A stretch of 32,000 nucleotides of DNA from Pseudomonas aeruginosa (GTDB taxonomy: Bacteria > Pseudomonadota > Gammaproteobacteria > Pseudomonadales > Pseudomonadaceae), in assembly GCF_001457615.1 (NCBI RefSeq), contig NZ_LN831024.1, forward strand, positions 300,001 through 332,000. The letters run 5' to 3'. The number at the start of each line of letters is the position of its first letter. Positions within the stretch are counted from its first letter, which is position 1. Of the stretch, positions 1 to 8,675 are shown piece by piece. A model generated the notes under the pieces. That model did not search any database and had not been told where the DNA came from. It saw only the letters and a list, made by a program, of their open reading frames with translations. The position numbers and the translations under genes are program-made.

Positions 1-443
1 TCGACCCGCACCGGCAACTGCCAGAGCGGCAGGGGTTGGCCTGGCGGGGGCGGCGGCACCTGGCGTTCCACCAGGTTGAGGAAGTCACGCAGGGCGCGGC
101 TCAGTTGCTGCGGGTAGCGCCAGGGCAGGTCCTCTTCGCGGGGGCCGTAGGCCGCGCCTTCACGGATGCGCGCCACCAGCGTCTTTTCGCCTTGCCGCAG
201 GAGCACCCCCTCGGGGGCGGCGGCGAGCGCGCGGTCGAGGCTGGCGAGGTCCTTCTCCAGTTGCGCCGCGTGCTGTTCCTGGAAACCCTCGCCGCGCAGC
301 AACAACAGGCTGCCCACCGCGCGACAGGCCTGGACCTGCAGTTGTTGCAGGGCGCGTTGCTGGTCGTCTAGGGCGGCGCGCGCCGGCAGCGCCAGCAACA
401 GGCAGCAAAGACAGAGGACAGCGAAAAGGGCAGGACGGAGCAT
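1..443 (-). CDS. Exported protein of unknown function; the start is in the window and the 3' end runs off the left edge
   Basis: Absent from the ORF track because no stop lies in the window. Reverse-strand ATG at 443-441 with AGGA 6 nt upstream; the frame stays open to base 3 (147 codons). My translation begins MLRPALFAVLCLCCLLLALPARAALDDQQRALQQLQVQ..., a signal-peptide-like hydrophobic N-terminus followed by A/L/Q-rich helical sequence. G/C-rich third positions match neighbouring genes. By position this would be PA0274 (memory). Confidence 0.55.
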   Translation of the reverse strand, partial: MLRPALFAVLCLCCLLLALPARAALDDQQRALQQLQVQACRAVGSLLLLRGEGFQEQHAAQLEKDLASLDRALAAAPEGVLLRQGEKTLVARIREGAAYGPREEDLPWRYPQQLSRALRDFLNLVERQVPPPPPGQPLPLWQLPVRV

Positions 444-551
444 GGGGAGATCCTGTTGTTGTCGTTATGGATATCCGCACCGAGGGCAGGTGCCCTGCAC
501 ACGGTAGCCGGCCATGGCGCGCCTGCAAGCGTTCGAAAGTGTGATTCGCGC

Positions 552-1238
552 TCAGCCGTGGGTGGCCGCGCGCAGGCCGGCGAGGTCGAGAATCTCGATG
601 CCGCCGTAGCTGAGCTGGAGGATGCCCTGGGCTTCGAGGTCCTTGAGGATCTGGTTGGTGGTCTGCCGCGACAACGACAGCATCAATGCCAACTGCTCCT
701 GCGGCAGGTGCAGGACCTGCCGGCTGCGGCTGTTGTCGTAGCCCTCGGCGAGCATCAGCAGGCGCCGCGCCAGGCGTTGTGCGGCCGGCAGCAGGGCCAT
801 CTCTTCCAGGGCGATGAATGCCAGGCGCAGCTTGTGGCTCATCAGCAGGGCCACGTCGCGCCAGTAGTGCGGCTCGCGGCGAAGCAGTTCGAGCAGCGCC
901 GCCTGCGGTACCTGGAGTAGCTGGGTGTGGCCTTCGGCGTAGGCATCGTGGGTGCGCGCCTGGCCGTCGAACAGGGCGATCTCGCCGAACCAGTGCGGCG
1001 CTTCCACCAGGATCAGCAGCGCCTCCTTGCCGTTCTCGCTGACCGCGCTGATACGGATCGCGCCCTCGACCACGCAGTACAGTCCGCAGGGCGCGTCGCC
1101 GCGGGCGAACAGGCGCTGGCCCGGCGGCAACTGGCGCGGTTGGGCGAGTGCCAGCAGGTGCGTCTGCAAGGCCTCCGGCAAACCCTGGAACCAGCGGCCG
1201 GCCTGGAGTTGCGAACGGTAGTCGGTACGCTCGTTCAT
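552..1238 (-). CDS. Crp/Fnr-family transcriptional regulator (cNMP-binding-like domain plus C-terminal HTH)
   Basis: 228-aa ORF with an ATG start. Beta-roll-like region (GLYCVVEGAIRISAVSENGKEALLILVEAPHWFGEIALFDG) and C-terminal HTH (LPQEQLALMLSLSRQTTNQILKDLEAQGIL) are typical of the family. There is no N-terminal Cys cluster of the FNR/Anr type. Confidence 0.9.
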   Translation of the reverse strand: MNERTDYRSQLQAGRWFQGLPEALQTHLLALAQPRQLPPGQRLFARGDAPCGLYCVVEGAIRISAVSENGKEALLILVEAPHWFGEIALFDGQARTHDAYAEGHTQLLQVPQAALLELLRREPHYWRDVALLMSHKLRLAFIALEEMALLPAAQRLARRLLMLAEGYDNSRSRQVLHLPQEQLALMLSLSRQTTNQILKDLEAQGILQLSYGGIEILDLAGLRAATHG

Positions 1239-1241
1239 GTT

Positions 1242-1257
1242 TGTCGTCTAGCTGACA
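1242..1257. promoter_or_regulatory. CRP/FNR-like dyad TGTCG-TCTAGC-TGACA in the divergent spacer
   Basis: Read directly: tgtcgtctagctgaca. Outer TGTC/GACA and central CTAG are self-complementary (5-6-5 geometry like TGTGA-N6-TCACA). It lies 4 nt from the regulator ATG (1238) and 57 nt upstream of the DUF962 ATG (1314). The binding protein is inferred, not shown. Confidence 0.4.
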
Positions 1258-1313
1258 GAGTGGAAAACCGGGGCGGCGCGATGATGCGAGAACCCTGGCG
1301 TGAGACCACAACA

Positions 1314-1829
1314 ATGAAAACCCTAGTCGATCACCTTGCGCAATACGCCGCCTACCACCGCGACCGGCGCAACATCTTCAGCCATTTCATCGGCATTCCG
1401 ATGATCGTCCTCTCCATCGCCGTGTTGCTGGCGCGGCCGGCGCTGGGGTTCGGCCTGTCTCCGGCGCTGCTGCTGGCGCTCGCCGCGGCGCTGTTCTACC
1501 TGCGCCTGGACCTGCGCTTCGGCGTGGCCATGACGGCGCTGCTGGCGCTGACGGTGTGGGGCGCTGCGCAATTGGCGGCGGGGACTACCGCGGCCTGGCT
1601 GGGCTGGGGCGTCGGCCTGTTCGTGGTCGGCTGGATCATCCAGTTCGTCGGTCATTACTACGAAGGGCGCAAGCCGGCCTTCGTCGACGATCTCAGCGGG
1701 TTGATCGTCGGTCCGCTCTTCGTGCTGGCGGAACTGGCCTTTCTGCTGGGGCTGCGCGGCGACGTGCAGCGCGAGGTCGAGGAGCGCGCCGGCCCGACCT
1801 GCATTCGCGAGCACAAGCGGGCGGCGTGA
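1314..1829 (+). CDS. DUF962 / Mpo1-like integral membrane protein
   Basis: Part of track ORF 927..1829. I start it at the in-frame ATG 1314 (MKTLVDHLAQYAAYHRDRRNIFSHFIGIPMIV...), giving 171 aa; ATG 1281 is an alternative. It has four hydrophobic segments, and the HxxGxP and GHYYEGRKPAF motifs are as I remember for the yeast Mpo1/YGL010w family. Confidence 0.8.
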   Translation: MKTLVDHLAQYAAYHRDRRNIFSHFIGIPMIVLSIAVLLARPALGFGLSPALLLALAAALFYLRLDLRFGVAMTALLALTVWGAAQLAAGTTAAWLGWGVGLFVVGWIIQFVGHYYEGRKPAFVDDLSGLIVGPLFVLAELAFLLGLRGDVQREVEERAGPTCIREHKRAA

Positions 1830-1832
1830 GGC

Positions 1833-1856
1833 GGTCTCCCGCGAGCGCGGGAGACC
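1833..1856. terminator. GC-rich hairpin between convergent genes (possible bidirectional terminator)
   Basis: ggtctcccgc (1833-1842) pairs with gcgggagacc (1847-1856) around loop gagc, a perfect 10-bp stem. It sits 4 nt after the DUF962 stop and 13 nt before the M48 stop. There is no U-tract on either side, so function is uncertain. Confidence 0.45.
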
Positions 1857-1868
1857 GGGGTGGGAGCG

Positions 1869-2627
1869 TTACTTGCGATCCGCAGCGATGCGCTGGCGGA
1901 TGTGATCGGCGCGGGCCTGGGAGCCCGGGTGCGAATCGAACATGCTGCTGTCGCCGCCGCCCAGCTTGGCCAGCTTCTCGAAGGCGGTGACCAAGCCCTG
2001 GGTGTTCACTCCGCGCTTCTTCAGTAGCTCGTAGGAGAAATCGTCGGCGTCGGATTCCTGGGACTGGGAGAACTGCGCGTTGACCAGCGATTCGGTGAGT
2101 TCGCCCAGCTGGGAGCCGGACAGGGCGGCCAGCGCGCCGCTCTTCGAGGCGCCGGCGGCGCCGCGCACCGCGGCGGCCGCGTAGGCGGTCTGGGCGGCCT
2201 TGCGGGTGTGGCCGAGGGCGACGTGGCCCATCTCGTGGCCGAGCACGCCTTCGATCTCGTTGTCGCTCATCAGCTCCATCAGCCCGCTGTAGACGCGGAT
2301 GCAGCCGTTGGCCATGGCCCAGGCGTTGACCTCCTCGGTGAGGTAGACCTTGTAGTTCACCGGCACGCCGTCGATCTGGTCGCCCAGGGCCTTGGCGATC
2401 TTGTCCAGGCGCTGGCCGTACTTGCTGTTGGCCGGGGCGATGCGGTTTTGCTGGTCGGACTCGGCGCAGGCCTGGTCGGCGACCTGGCGGACCTCGGCGT
2501 CGCTCAGGGTTGCAGCCTTCACCGCCATCATGCTGTGCTGCATGAGGTCCCCCTGGGGCAGGTTCTGGCAGCCGGCCAGGGTGGCGCAGGCGAGGGCCAG
2601 GGCGGAAAGGGAAAGACGGGTCTTCAT
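1869..2627 (-). CDS. M48-family zinc metalloprotease lipoprotein (LoiP/YcaL-like)
   Basis: 252 aa, ATG with AAGGAG 6 nt upstream. Lipoprotein signal MKTRLSLSALALACATLAGC (lipobox LAGC). HEXXH zinc motif in GVLGHEMGHVALGH. Confidence 0.9.
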   Translation of the reverse strand: MKTRLSLSALALACATLAGCQNLPQGDLMQHSMMAVKAATLSDAEVRQVADQACAESDQQNRIAPANSKYGQRLDKIAKALGDQIDGVPVNYKVYLTEEVNAWAMANGCIRVYSGLMELMSDNEIEGVLGHEMGHVALGHTRKAAQTAYAAAAVRGAAGASKSGALAALSGSQLGELTESLVNAQFSQSQESDADDFSYELLKKRGVNTQGLVTAFEKLAKLGGGDSSMFDSHPGSQARADHIRQRIAADRK

Positions 2628-2798
2628 CGTATGCTCCTTGCGATAGGTGGCGTTCCGTGCCGGACGGGCGTGTTCCGCCCGGTGCCGCGCGCCCGGTGGG
2701 GGTCGCGCGGCGGCGGATGATAGCGGCTTGTGCCGTTCGTCGGAAGTCCCGCGAAGGCCGCAGGCCCGCCCTGGCGGGTGCGCAATGCGTCCCTGGCG

Positions 2799-3551
2799 TC
2801 AGTGGAAACCGCGCCAGGCGAGGTCGGCGCCGAGCAGCAGGAGACCGACGAAGAAGCAGCGCCTGAACAGCGTCGCGCTGATCCGCTGGCGCAGCCACTG
2901 GCCGAGGAGCATCCCGCCCAGCGCCGGGACCAGGGTCAGCAGCGAGGCGCCGAGCATCTGCGGTTCGAGCAGGTCGCCATGCACGCCGAGAGTGACCGCC
3001 AGGGCCAGGGTCGAGGCGCTGAACGACAGGCCGAGGGCCTGGACCAGTTCGTCGCGCTGCAATCCTAGGGCTCCCAGGTAGGGCACCGCGGGAATCACGA
3101 AAACCCCGGTGACCGCGGTCAGCGCGCCGGTCGCCAGCCCGACCAGCGGGCCGGCCCAGGGCTCGTGGCGTGCCGGCAGGTGCAGCGGGATCGCGGCCAG
3201 GCCGAGCAGCGCGTAGGCCGCCAGGGCCAGGCCGAGCACGCCGGTGGCCTGCCTTGGCGCGTCGCCGCCGAGCCATGCGCCGACCAGCAGGGTGCCCACG
3301 ACCACCCCGAACAGCAGGCCGGCCAGGCGCTTCATCAAGCCGAGGAAGCGCGGGCCGCAGGCGAGCTGCCAGAGGTTGGTCACCATCGACGGTACGATCA
3401 GCAGCGCCGCCGCCTGCATCGGCGGCATGGCCAGGCCGAGCAGGCCCACCGAGACCGTCGGCAGGCCCAGGCCGACCACGCCCTTGACGAAGCCGGCGAG
3501 AAGGAAGGTGAGGGCGATCAGCGGGATCAGGGCGTGGAGGTCGACGGACAT
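2799..3551 (-). CDS. TauE/SafE-family anion (sulfite-type) exporter permease
   Basis: Internal ATG 3551 of track ORF 2799..4199; the upstream 216 codons are R/A/P-rich and overlap the divergent regulator gene. 250 aa starting MSVDLHALIPLIALTFLLAGFVKGVVGLGLPTVSVGLLGL. It is polytopic and glycine-rich, with a duplicated 4-TM-like layout typical of TauE/SafE. Confidence 0.85.
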   Translation of the reverse strand: MSVDLHALIPLIALTFLLAGFVKGVVGLGLPTVSVGLLGLAMPPMQAAALLIVPSMVTNLWQLACGPRFLGLMKRLAGLLFGVVVGTLLVGAWLGGDAPRQATGVLGLALAAYALLGLAAIPLHLPARHEPWAGPLVGLATGALTAVTGVFVIPAVPYLGALGLQRDELVQALGLSFSASTLALAVTLGVHGDLLEPQMLGASLLTLVPALGGMLLGQWLRQRISATLFRRCFFVGLLLLGADLAWRGFH

Positions 3552-3644
3552 GCGGGTTCTTCCTTGTCTCGGGCTGGCGCGAGCGGGCGATGGCGGCCAG
3601 TATCTCTCGTCGTCGACAGGCAATGTTTCATCCGGAGGTGAAGC

Positions 3645-4343
3645 ATGCAATTCAATCCCGGCTTCAGTTCGCTGGCGGCGCTGCTCGCCGATCCCGGCCG
3701 CGCGCAGATGATCTGGGCACTGATGGATGGCAGCGCCCGCCCGGCCAGCGAGCTGGCGCTGCTGGCAGGCGTCTCGCCGTCCTCCGCCAGCGGCCACCTG
3801 GGACGGCTGGTCGAGGGCGGCGTGCTGAGCCTGGAGGCGCGCGGGCGCAATCGCTTCTATCGCCTGGCCGGGCCGGAAGTGGGGCAGGCGGTGGAAGCGC
3901 TGGCCAGCGCCTCCCTGGCCCTGCAGCCGCAGCGGCGCAGCCTGCCGCCGAGCCACGGCACGCCGTCGGCGTTGCGCGAGGCGCGGACCTGCTACGACCA
4001 CCTGGCCGGCGAACTCGCGGTCGGTGTGTTCGCACGGATGCTGGATGCCGGCTGGATCGAGCAGGAGGGCAGGACGCTGCGCCTGAGCGCGACCGGCGAG
4101 GCCGGGCTGGCCGGGTTGGGGATCGACCTGGCGGAGGTCCGCCGCCGCCGTCGGCAGTTCGCCTGCGCCTGCCCCGACTGGAGCGAACGCAAGCCGCACC
4201 TCGGCGGCGCGCTGGGGGCGGCGTTGCTGGAGGCCTGTCTGCGCCAGGGCTGGTTGCGGCCGCAGGACGGCTCGCGGGCGTTGCAGGTGTCGTCGAAGGG
4301 CCGCGCGGGACTGCGCGGCCTGGCGGAGCGCACGGCGGGCTGA
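3645..4343 (+). CDS. ArsR/SmtB-type winged-HTH regulator with a ~135-aa duplicated C-terminal extension
   Basis: 232 aa, ATG with GGAGG 7 nt upstream. N-terminal ArsR-like HTH (LADPGRAQMIWALMDGSARPASELALLAGVSPSSASGHLGRLVEGGVLSLEARGRNRFYRL). The C-terminal half contains two related Cys-initiated modules (see findings). Confidence 0.85.
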   Translation: MQFNPGFSSLAALLADPGRAQMIWALMDGSARPASELALLAGVSPSSASGHLGRLVEGGVLSLEARGRNRFYRLAGPEVGQAVEALASASLALQPQRRSLPPSHGTPSALREARTCYDHLAGELAVGVFARMLDAGWIEQEGRTLRLSATGEAGLAGLGIDLAEVRRRRRQFACACPDWSERKPHLGGALGAALLEACLRQGWLRPQDGSRALQVSSKGRAGLRGLAERTAG

Positions 4344-4356
4344 ACCCGCCGCGGGA

Positions 4357-5346
<990 letters not shown>

Positions 5347-5349
5347 GGT

Positions 5350-6219
5350 TCATTCCTCGTCAGCATTGCTTTTCAGTCGGGACATGCGGGATTCGCTCCA
5401 CTGCTTGAGCAGAAGGATGACCAGCGCCATCAGCAGCAACAGGCTGGCGACGCTGAAGGCGGCGACGTGGTTGTATTCGTTGTAGAGGATCTCGACGTGC
5501 AGCGGCAGGGTGTTGGTGACGCCGCGGATGTGTCCGGAAACCACCGACACCGCGCCGAACTCGCCCATCGCCCGGGCGGTGCAGAGCACCACGCCGTAGA
5601 TCAGGCCCCACTTGATGTTCGGCAGGGTCACGTGCCAGAACATCTGCCAGCCGTTGGCGCCGAGCAGGCGGGCGGCTTCCTCCTCCTGGGTTCCCTGCTC
5701 CTGCATCAGTGGGATCAGCTCGCGGGCGACGAAGGGCACGGTGACGAAGAGGGTCGCCAGGACGATGCCGGGCACCGCGAAGACGATCTGGATGTCGTGG
5801 TCGCTCAGCCATTCGCCGAAGTAGCCCTGGGCGCCGAACAACAGCACGTAGATCAGGCCGGCGATCACCGGCGAGACCGAGAACGGCAGGTCGATCAGGG
5901 TCACCAGGATGCTCTTGCCGCGAAACTCGAACTTGCTCACGCACCAGGCGGCGGCGACACCGAACAGCAGGTTGAGCGGCACCGAGATGGCCACCGCGAT
6001 CAGGGTCAGCTTCAGCGCGGCCAGCGCGTCGGGTTCGAGGATCGCCTCGAAGAAGGTGCCGAAACCCTGCTTCAGCGCCTCGCTCAGGACCACGTAGAGC
6101 GGCAGCAGGAGGAACAGGGCGAAGACCAGCCAGGCCAGGACGATCAGGGCCAGGCGGCCGCCGGCGTTGCCGCGGCGGGAGGCGCTGGCGGTGGCAGCGG
6201 AAATGCTTGCACTGGACAT
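5350..6219 (-). CDS. cysW: Sulfate ABC transporter permease
   Basis: 289 aa polytopic permease with EAA-loop motif [22 protein letters not shown]. Only 3 nt separate it from cysA. Confidence 0.95.
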   Translation of the reverse strand: MSSASISAATASASRRGNAGGRLALIVLAWLVFALFLLLPLYVVLSEALKQGFGTFFEAILEPDALAALKLTLIAVAISVPLNLLFGVAAAWCVSKFEFRGKSILVTLIDLPFSVSPVIAGLIYVLLFGAQGYFGEWLSDHDIQIVFAVPGIVLATLFVTVPFVARELIPLMQEQGTQEEEAARLLGANGWQMFWHVTLPNIKWGLIYGVVLCTARAMGEFGAVSVVSGHIRGVTNTLPLHVEILYNEYNHVAAFSVASLLLLMALVILLLKQWSESRMSRLKSNADEE

Positions 6220-6229
6220 GGCGCCCTCC

Positions 6230-7048
6230 TTACGGGGTTTCGATGCGACGCTGCAGCAGGTTGATCAGCAGCAGCAGGATGAAGGACACCACCAGCATCA
6301 GCACGCCGATGGCGGTGGCGCCGGTGTAGTCGTACTGGTCCAGCTTGACCATGATCAGCAGCGGCAGGATCTCGGTCTTCATCGGCATGTTGCCGGCGAT
6401 GAAGATCACCGAGCCGTATTCGCCGACGCCCCGGGCGAAGGCCAGGGCGAAACCGGTCAGCCAGGCCGGCAGCAGCGCCGGCACGAGGATATGGCGGAAC
6501 ACCTGCAGCGGCCTGGCGCCGAGGCAGGCGGCGGCTTCCTCGACTTCCTTGGGAATGTCGGCGAGCACCGGCTGCACCGTGCGGACCACGAACGGCAGGG
6601 TCACGAAAGTCAGCGCCAGGGTGATCCCCAGGGGGGTATAGGCGATCTTGAAGCCGAGGTCGCTGGCGAACTGGCCGACCAGGCCGGCCGGCGCATAGAG
6701 CGCGGTGAGGGCGATACCGGCGACGGCGGTGGGCAGGGCGAAGGGCAGGTCGATCATGGCATCGATGATCTTCCGTCCGGGGAATTCGTAGCGCACCAGG
6801 ACCCAGGCCAGCAGCGTGCCGATCAAGCCGTTGAGCACGGCGGCGGCGAGCGCGGTGCCGAAGCTCAGCTTGAGCGCGGCGAGCACCCGCGGCGCGCTGA
6901 TGATGGCCCAGAATTGCTCCCAGCTGAGCTGGGTGGTCTTGAGGAACATGGCCCCCAGCGGGATCAGGACCAGCAGGCTGAGGTACACCAGGGTGTATCC
7001 CAGGGTCAGCCCGAAGCCGGGTATGACCGGGGAAATGCGTCGTGACAT
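6230..7048 (-). CDS. cysT: Sulfate ABC transporter permease
   Basis: 272 aa polytopic permease with EAA-loop motif [22 protein letters not shown]. 10 nt upstream of cysW. Confidence 0.95.
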   Translation of the reverse strand: MSRRISPVIPGFGLTLGYTLVYLSLLVLIPLGAMFLKTTQLSWEQFWAIISAPRVLAALKLSFGTALAAAVLNGLIGTLLAWVLVRYEFPGRKIIDAMIDLPFALPTAVAGIALTALYAPAGLVGQFASDLGFKIAYTPLGITLALTFVTLPFVVRTVQPVLADIPKEVEEAAACLGARPLQVFRHILVPALLPAWLTGFALAFARGVGEYGSVIFIAGNMPMKTEILPLLIMVKLDQYDYTGATAIGVLMLVVSFILLLLINLLQRRIETP

Positions 7049-7083
7049 GTTCTGTCCTTACTCTGCGTTGGAACGCTTGGTGG

Positions 7084-7207
7084 CTCTCCCGGTGCCGGTT
7101 CCTTCCGGCAGTGGGCCCGGTACGGGACCGGGCCTGCTAGCCCCCTCGCCCGTCCGGGAGAGGGTCTGGGAGAGGGGCCGTGGTTCGGGCGACGGGTCTG
7201 CCGTCGC
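7084..7207 (-). other. Highly structured GC-rich intercistronic element between sbp and cysT
   Basis: Read directly. Hairpins tgccgg/ccggca (7093-7110), ggcccggt/accgggcc (7114-7134) and gcgacgg/ccgtcgc (7189-7207, 2 nt after the sbp stop). A 9-bp long-range pairing ctctcccgg (7084-7092) with ccgggagag (7154-7162) encloses the first two. Direct repeat gggagaggg at 7156-7164 and 7168-7176. Confidence 0.5.
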
Positions 7208-7209
7208 GA

Positions 7210-8208
7210 TCATTGCGCCTGGTAGATCTGGTCGAAGATGCCCCCGTCGTTGAAGAACTTTGGCTGGGCCGTCTTCCAGCCGCCGAAATCGGAGTCGACG
7301 GTGACCAGGTTCAGTTTCGGGAACTGCGTGGCGAACTCGGCGGCGACCTTCTGGTTGCGCGGCCGGTAGAAGTTCTGCGCGGCGATGCGCTGGCCTTCCT
7401 CGCTGTACAGGTATTGCAGGTAGGCCTCGGCGACCTTGCGGGTGCCTTTCTTCTCGACCACCTTGTCGACCACCGCGACCGGCGGTTCGGCAAGGATGGA
7501 GATGGAGGGTACGACGATCTCGAAGTTTTCCCCGCCCTGTTCCTTCTTCGCCAGGAACGCCTCGTTCTCCCAGGCCAGCAGCACGTCGCCGATCTGGTTG
7601 TTGACGAAGGTGATGGTCGAGCCGCGGGCGCCGGTGTCGAGTACCGGTACGTGCTTGTACAGCGCCTGCACGTAGTCCTTGGCCTTCTCGTCGCTGCCGT
7701 ACTGCTTCTTCGCCCAGGCCCAGGCGGCGAGGAAGTTCCAGCGCGCGCCGCCGGAGGTCTTCGGGTTCGGCGTGATGACTTCCACGCCTTCCTTGGTCAG
7801 GTCGCCCCAGTCCTTGATTCCCTTGGGGTTGCCCTTGCGCACCAGGAACACGATGGTCGAGGTGTAGGGGGTGCTGTTGTCCGGCAGGCGTGCCTGCCAG
7901 TCGGCCGGCAGCAGCTTGCCGAGCTTGTGCAGTTCGTCGATGTCGCCGGCCAGGGCCAGGGTCACCACGTCGGCCTTGAGCCCGTCGATCACCGCGCGGG
8001 CCTGCTTGCCGGAGCCGCCGTGGGACTGCTGGACGGTCAGGTCCTCGCCGCCCTGGGCCTTCCAGTGCTTGATGAAGGCCGCGTTGTAGGCCTGGTACAG
8101 CTCGCGGGTCGGGTCGTAGGAAACGTTCAGCAGTTGCGTGGCTGCGGCAACCGGGCCGGAGACCAGGGCGCTGGCGAGTGCGGCCAGGGCGAAACGACGA
8201 AGGGACAT
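7210..8208 (-). CDS. sbp: Periplasmic sulfate-binding protein
   Basis: 332 aa, AGGAG upstream of the ATG. Signal peptide [23 protein letters not shown]. Mature sequence is typical of Sbp/CysP ([28 protein letters not shown]). Confidence 0.96.
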   Translation of the reverse strand: MSLRRFALAALASALVSGPVAAATQLLNVSYDPTRELYQAYNAAFIKHWKAQGGEDLTVQQSHGGSGKQARAVIDGLKADVVTLALAGDIDELHKLGKLLPADWQARLPDNSTPYTSTIVFLVRKGNPKGIKDWGDLTKEGVEVITPNPKTSGGARWNFLAAWAWAKKQYGSDEKAKDYVQALYKHVPVLDTGARGSTITFVNNQIGDVLLAWENEAFLAKKEQGGENFEIVVPSISILAEPPVAVVDKVVEKKGTRKVAEAYLQYLYSEEGQRIAAQNFYRPRNQKVAAEFATQFPKLNLVTVDSDFGGWKTAQPKFFNDGGIFDQIYQAQ

Positions 8209-8384
8209 GTGCAGCTCCTAGGTGTGTGCTGTTTCGATTGTTCTAATGGGGTGTTGGCGGAACGACGGGAACACGGGGCGTCAGGCGCGCATTCGCGGCC
8301 GACAGCTGCAGTACCGGTGCGGATGGGGTATCGAACGGATGTTCATGGCGAGACGCCTCCGGTGGTCCAGTCGGGTCGTGTGCT

Positions 8385-8567
8385 TCAGGCCTGCTTGACG
8401 GCCGGTTGCTGCAGACGGAATTTTTCCTTGCGCTCGATCTGCACCACCTGGCCGTTGTGCACGGTGATCTCGACGGCGCCGAAGCGCAGGCCGCGCAGGG
8501 CACTCTGGATTTCACGCAGGATGGTGGCTTCGTCCTGGCCATCCAGGCTTCTGAGGGTTGCGCTCAT
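8385..8567 (-). CDS. Small DUF2292 (YezD-like) protein, first gene of the sulfate-transport operon
   Basis: Track ORF is 8385..8633 (82 aa, ATG without SD). I prefer ATG 8567 (60 aa, MSATLRSLDGQDEATILREIQSALRGLRFGAVEITVHNGQVVQIERKEKFRLQQ...) because GGAG lies 9 nt upstream and the 22 extra residues are R/P-rich. The motif G.VEI.VHNG.VVQIER.EK is what I remember for DUF2292. Confidence 0.75.
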   Translation of the reverse strand: MSATLRSLDGQDEATILREIQSALRGLRFGAVEITVHNGQVVQIERKEKFRLQQPAVKQA

Positions 8568-8650
8568 GGGTCTCTGCTCCTGTGGCTCGAGGTGCCGCGT
8601 TGCTCGACGAAGTGGAGGCGGCGTGAGGCGCATAGTAAGCAGTGGGCAAT

Positions 8651-8675
8651 ATTCTTAAAAATATTGTTTAAGAAT
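8651..8675. promoter_or_regulatory. Perfect 9-bp inverted repeat ATTCTTAAA-N7-TTTAAGAAT in an AT-rich islet upstream of the sulfate operon
   Basis: Read directly: attcttaaa aatattg tttaagaat. It sits 84-108 nt upstream of ATG 8567 in a locally AT-rich stretch (8640-8700). A possible -10 TACTAT (minus strand, 8637-8632) lies just downstream. Assignment to CysB or another regulator is inference. Confidence 0.45.

Noticed and set aside
7156-7176. Direct repeats gggagaggg considered as a CRISPR or tandem-repeat array
   Set aside because: There are only two 9-nt copies 12 nt apart, with no spacer-repeat periodicity of CRISPR size and no cas genes. They are part of a GC-rich intercistronic hairpin element.
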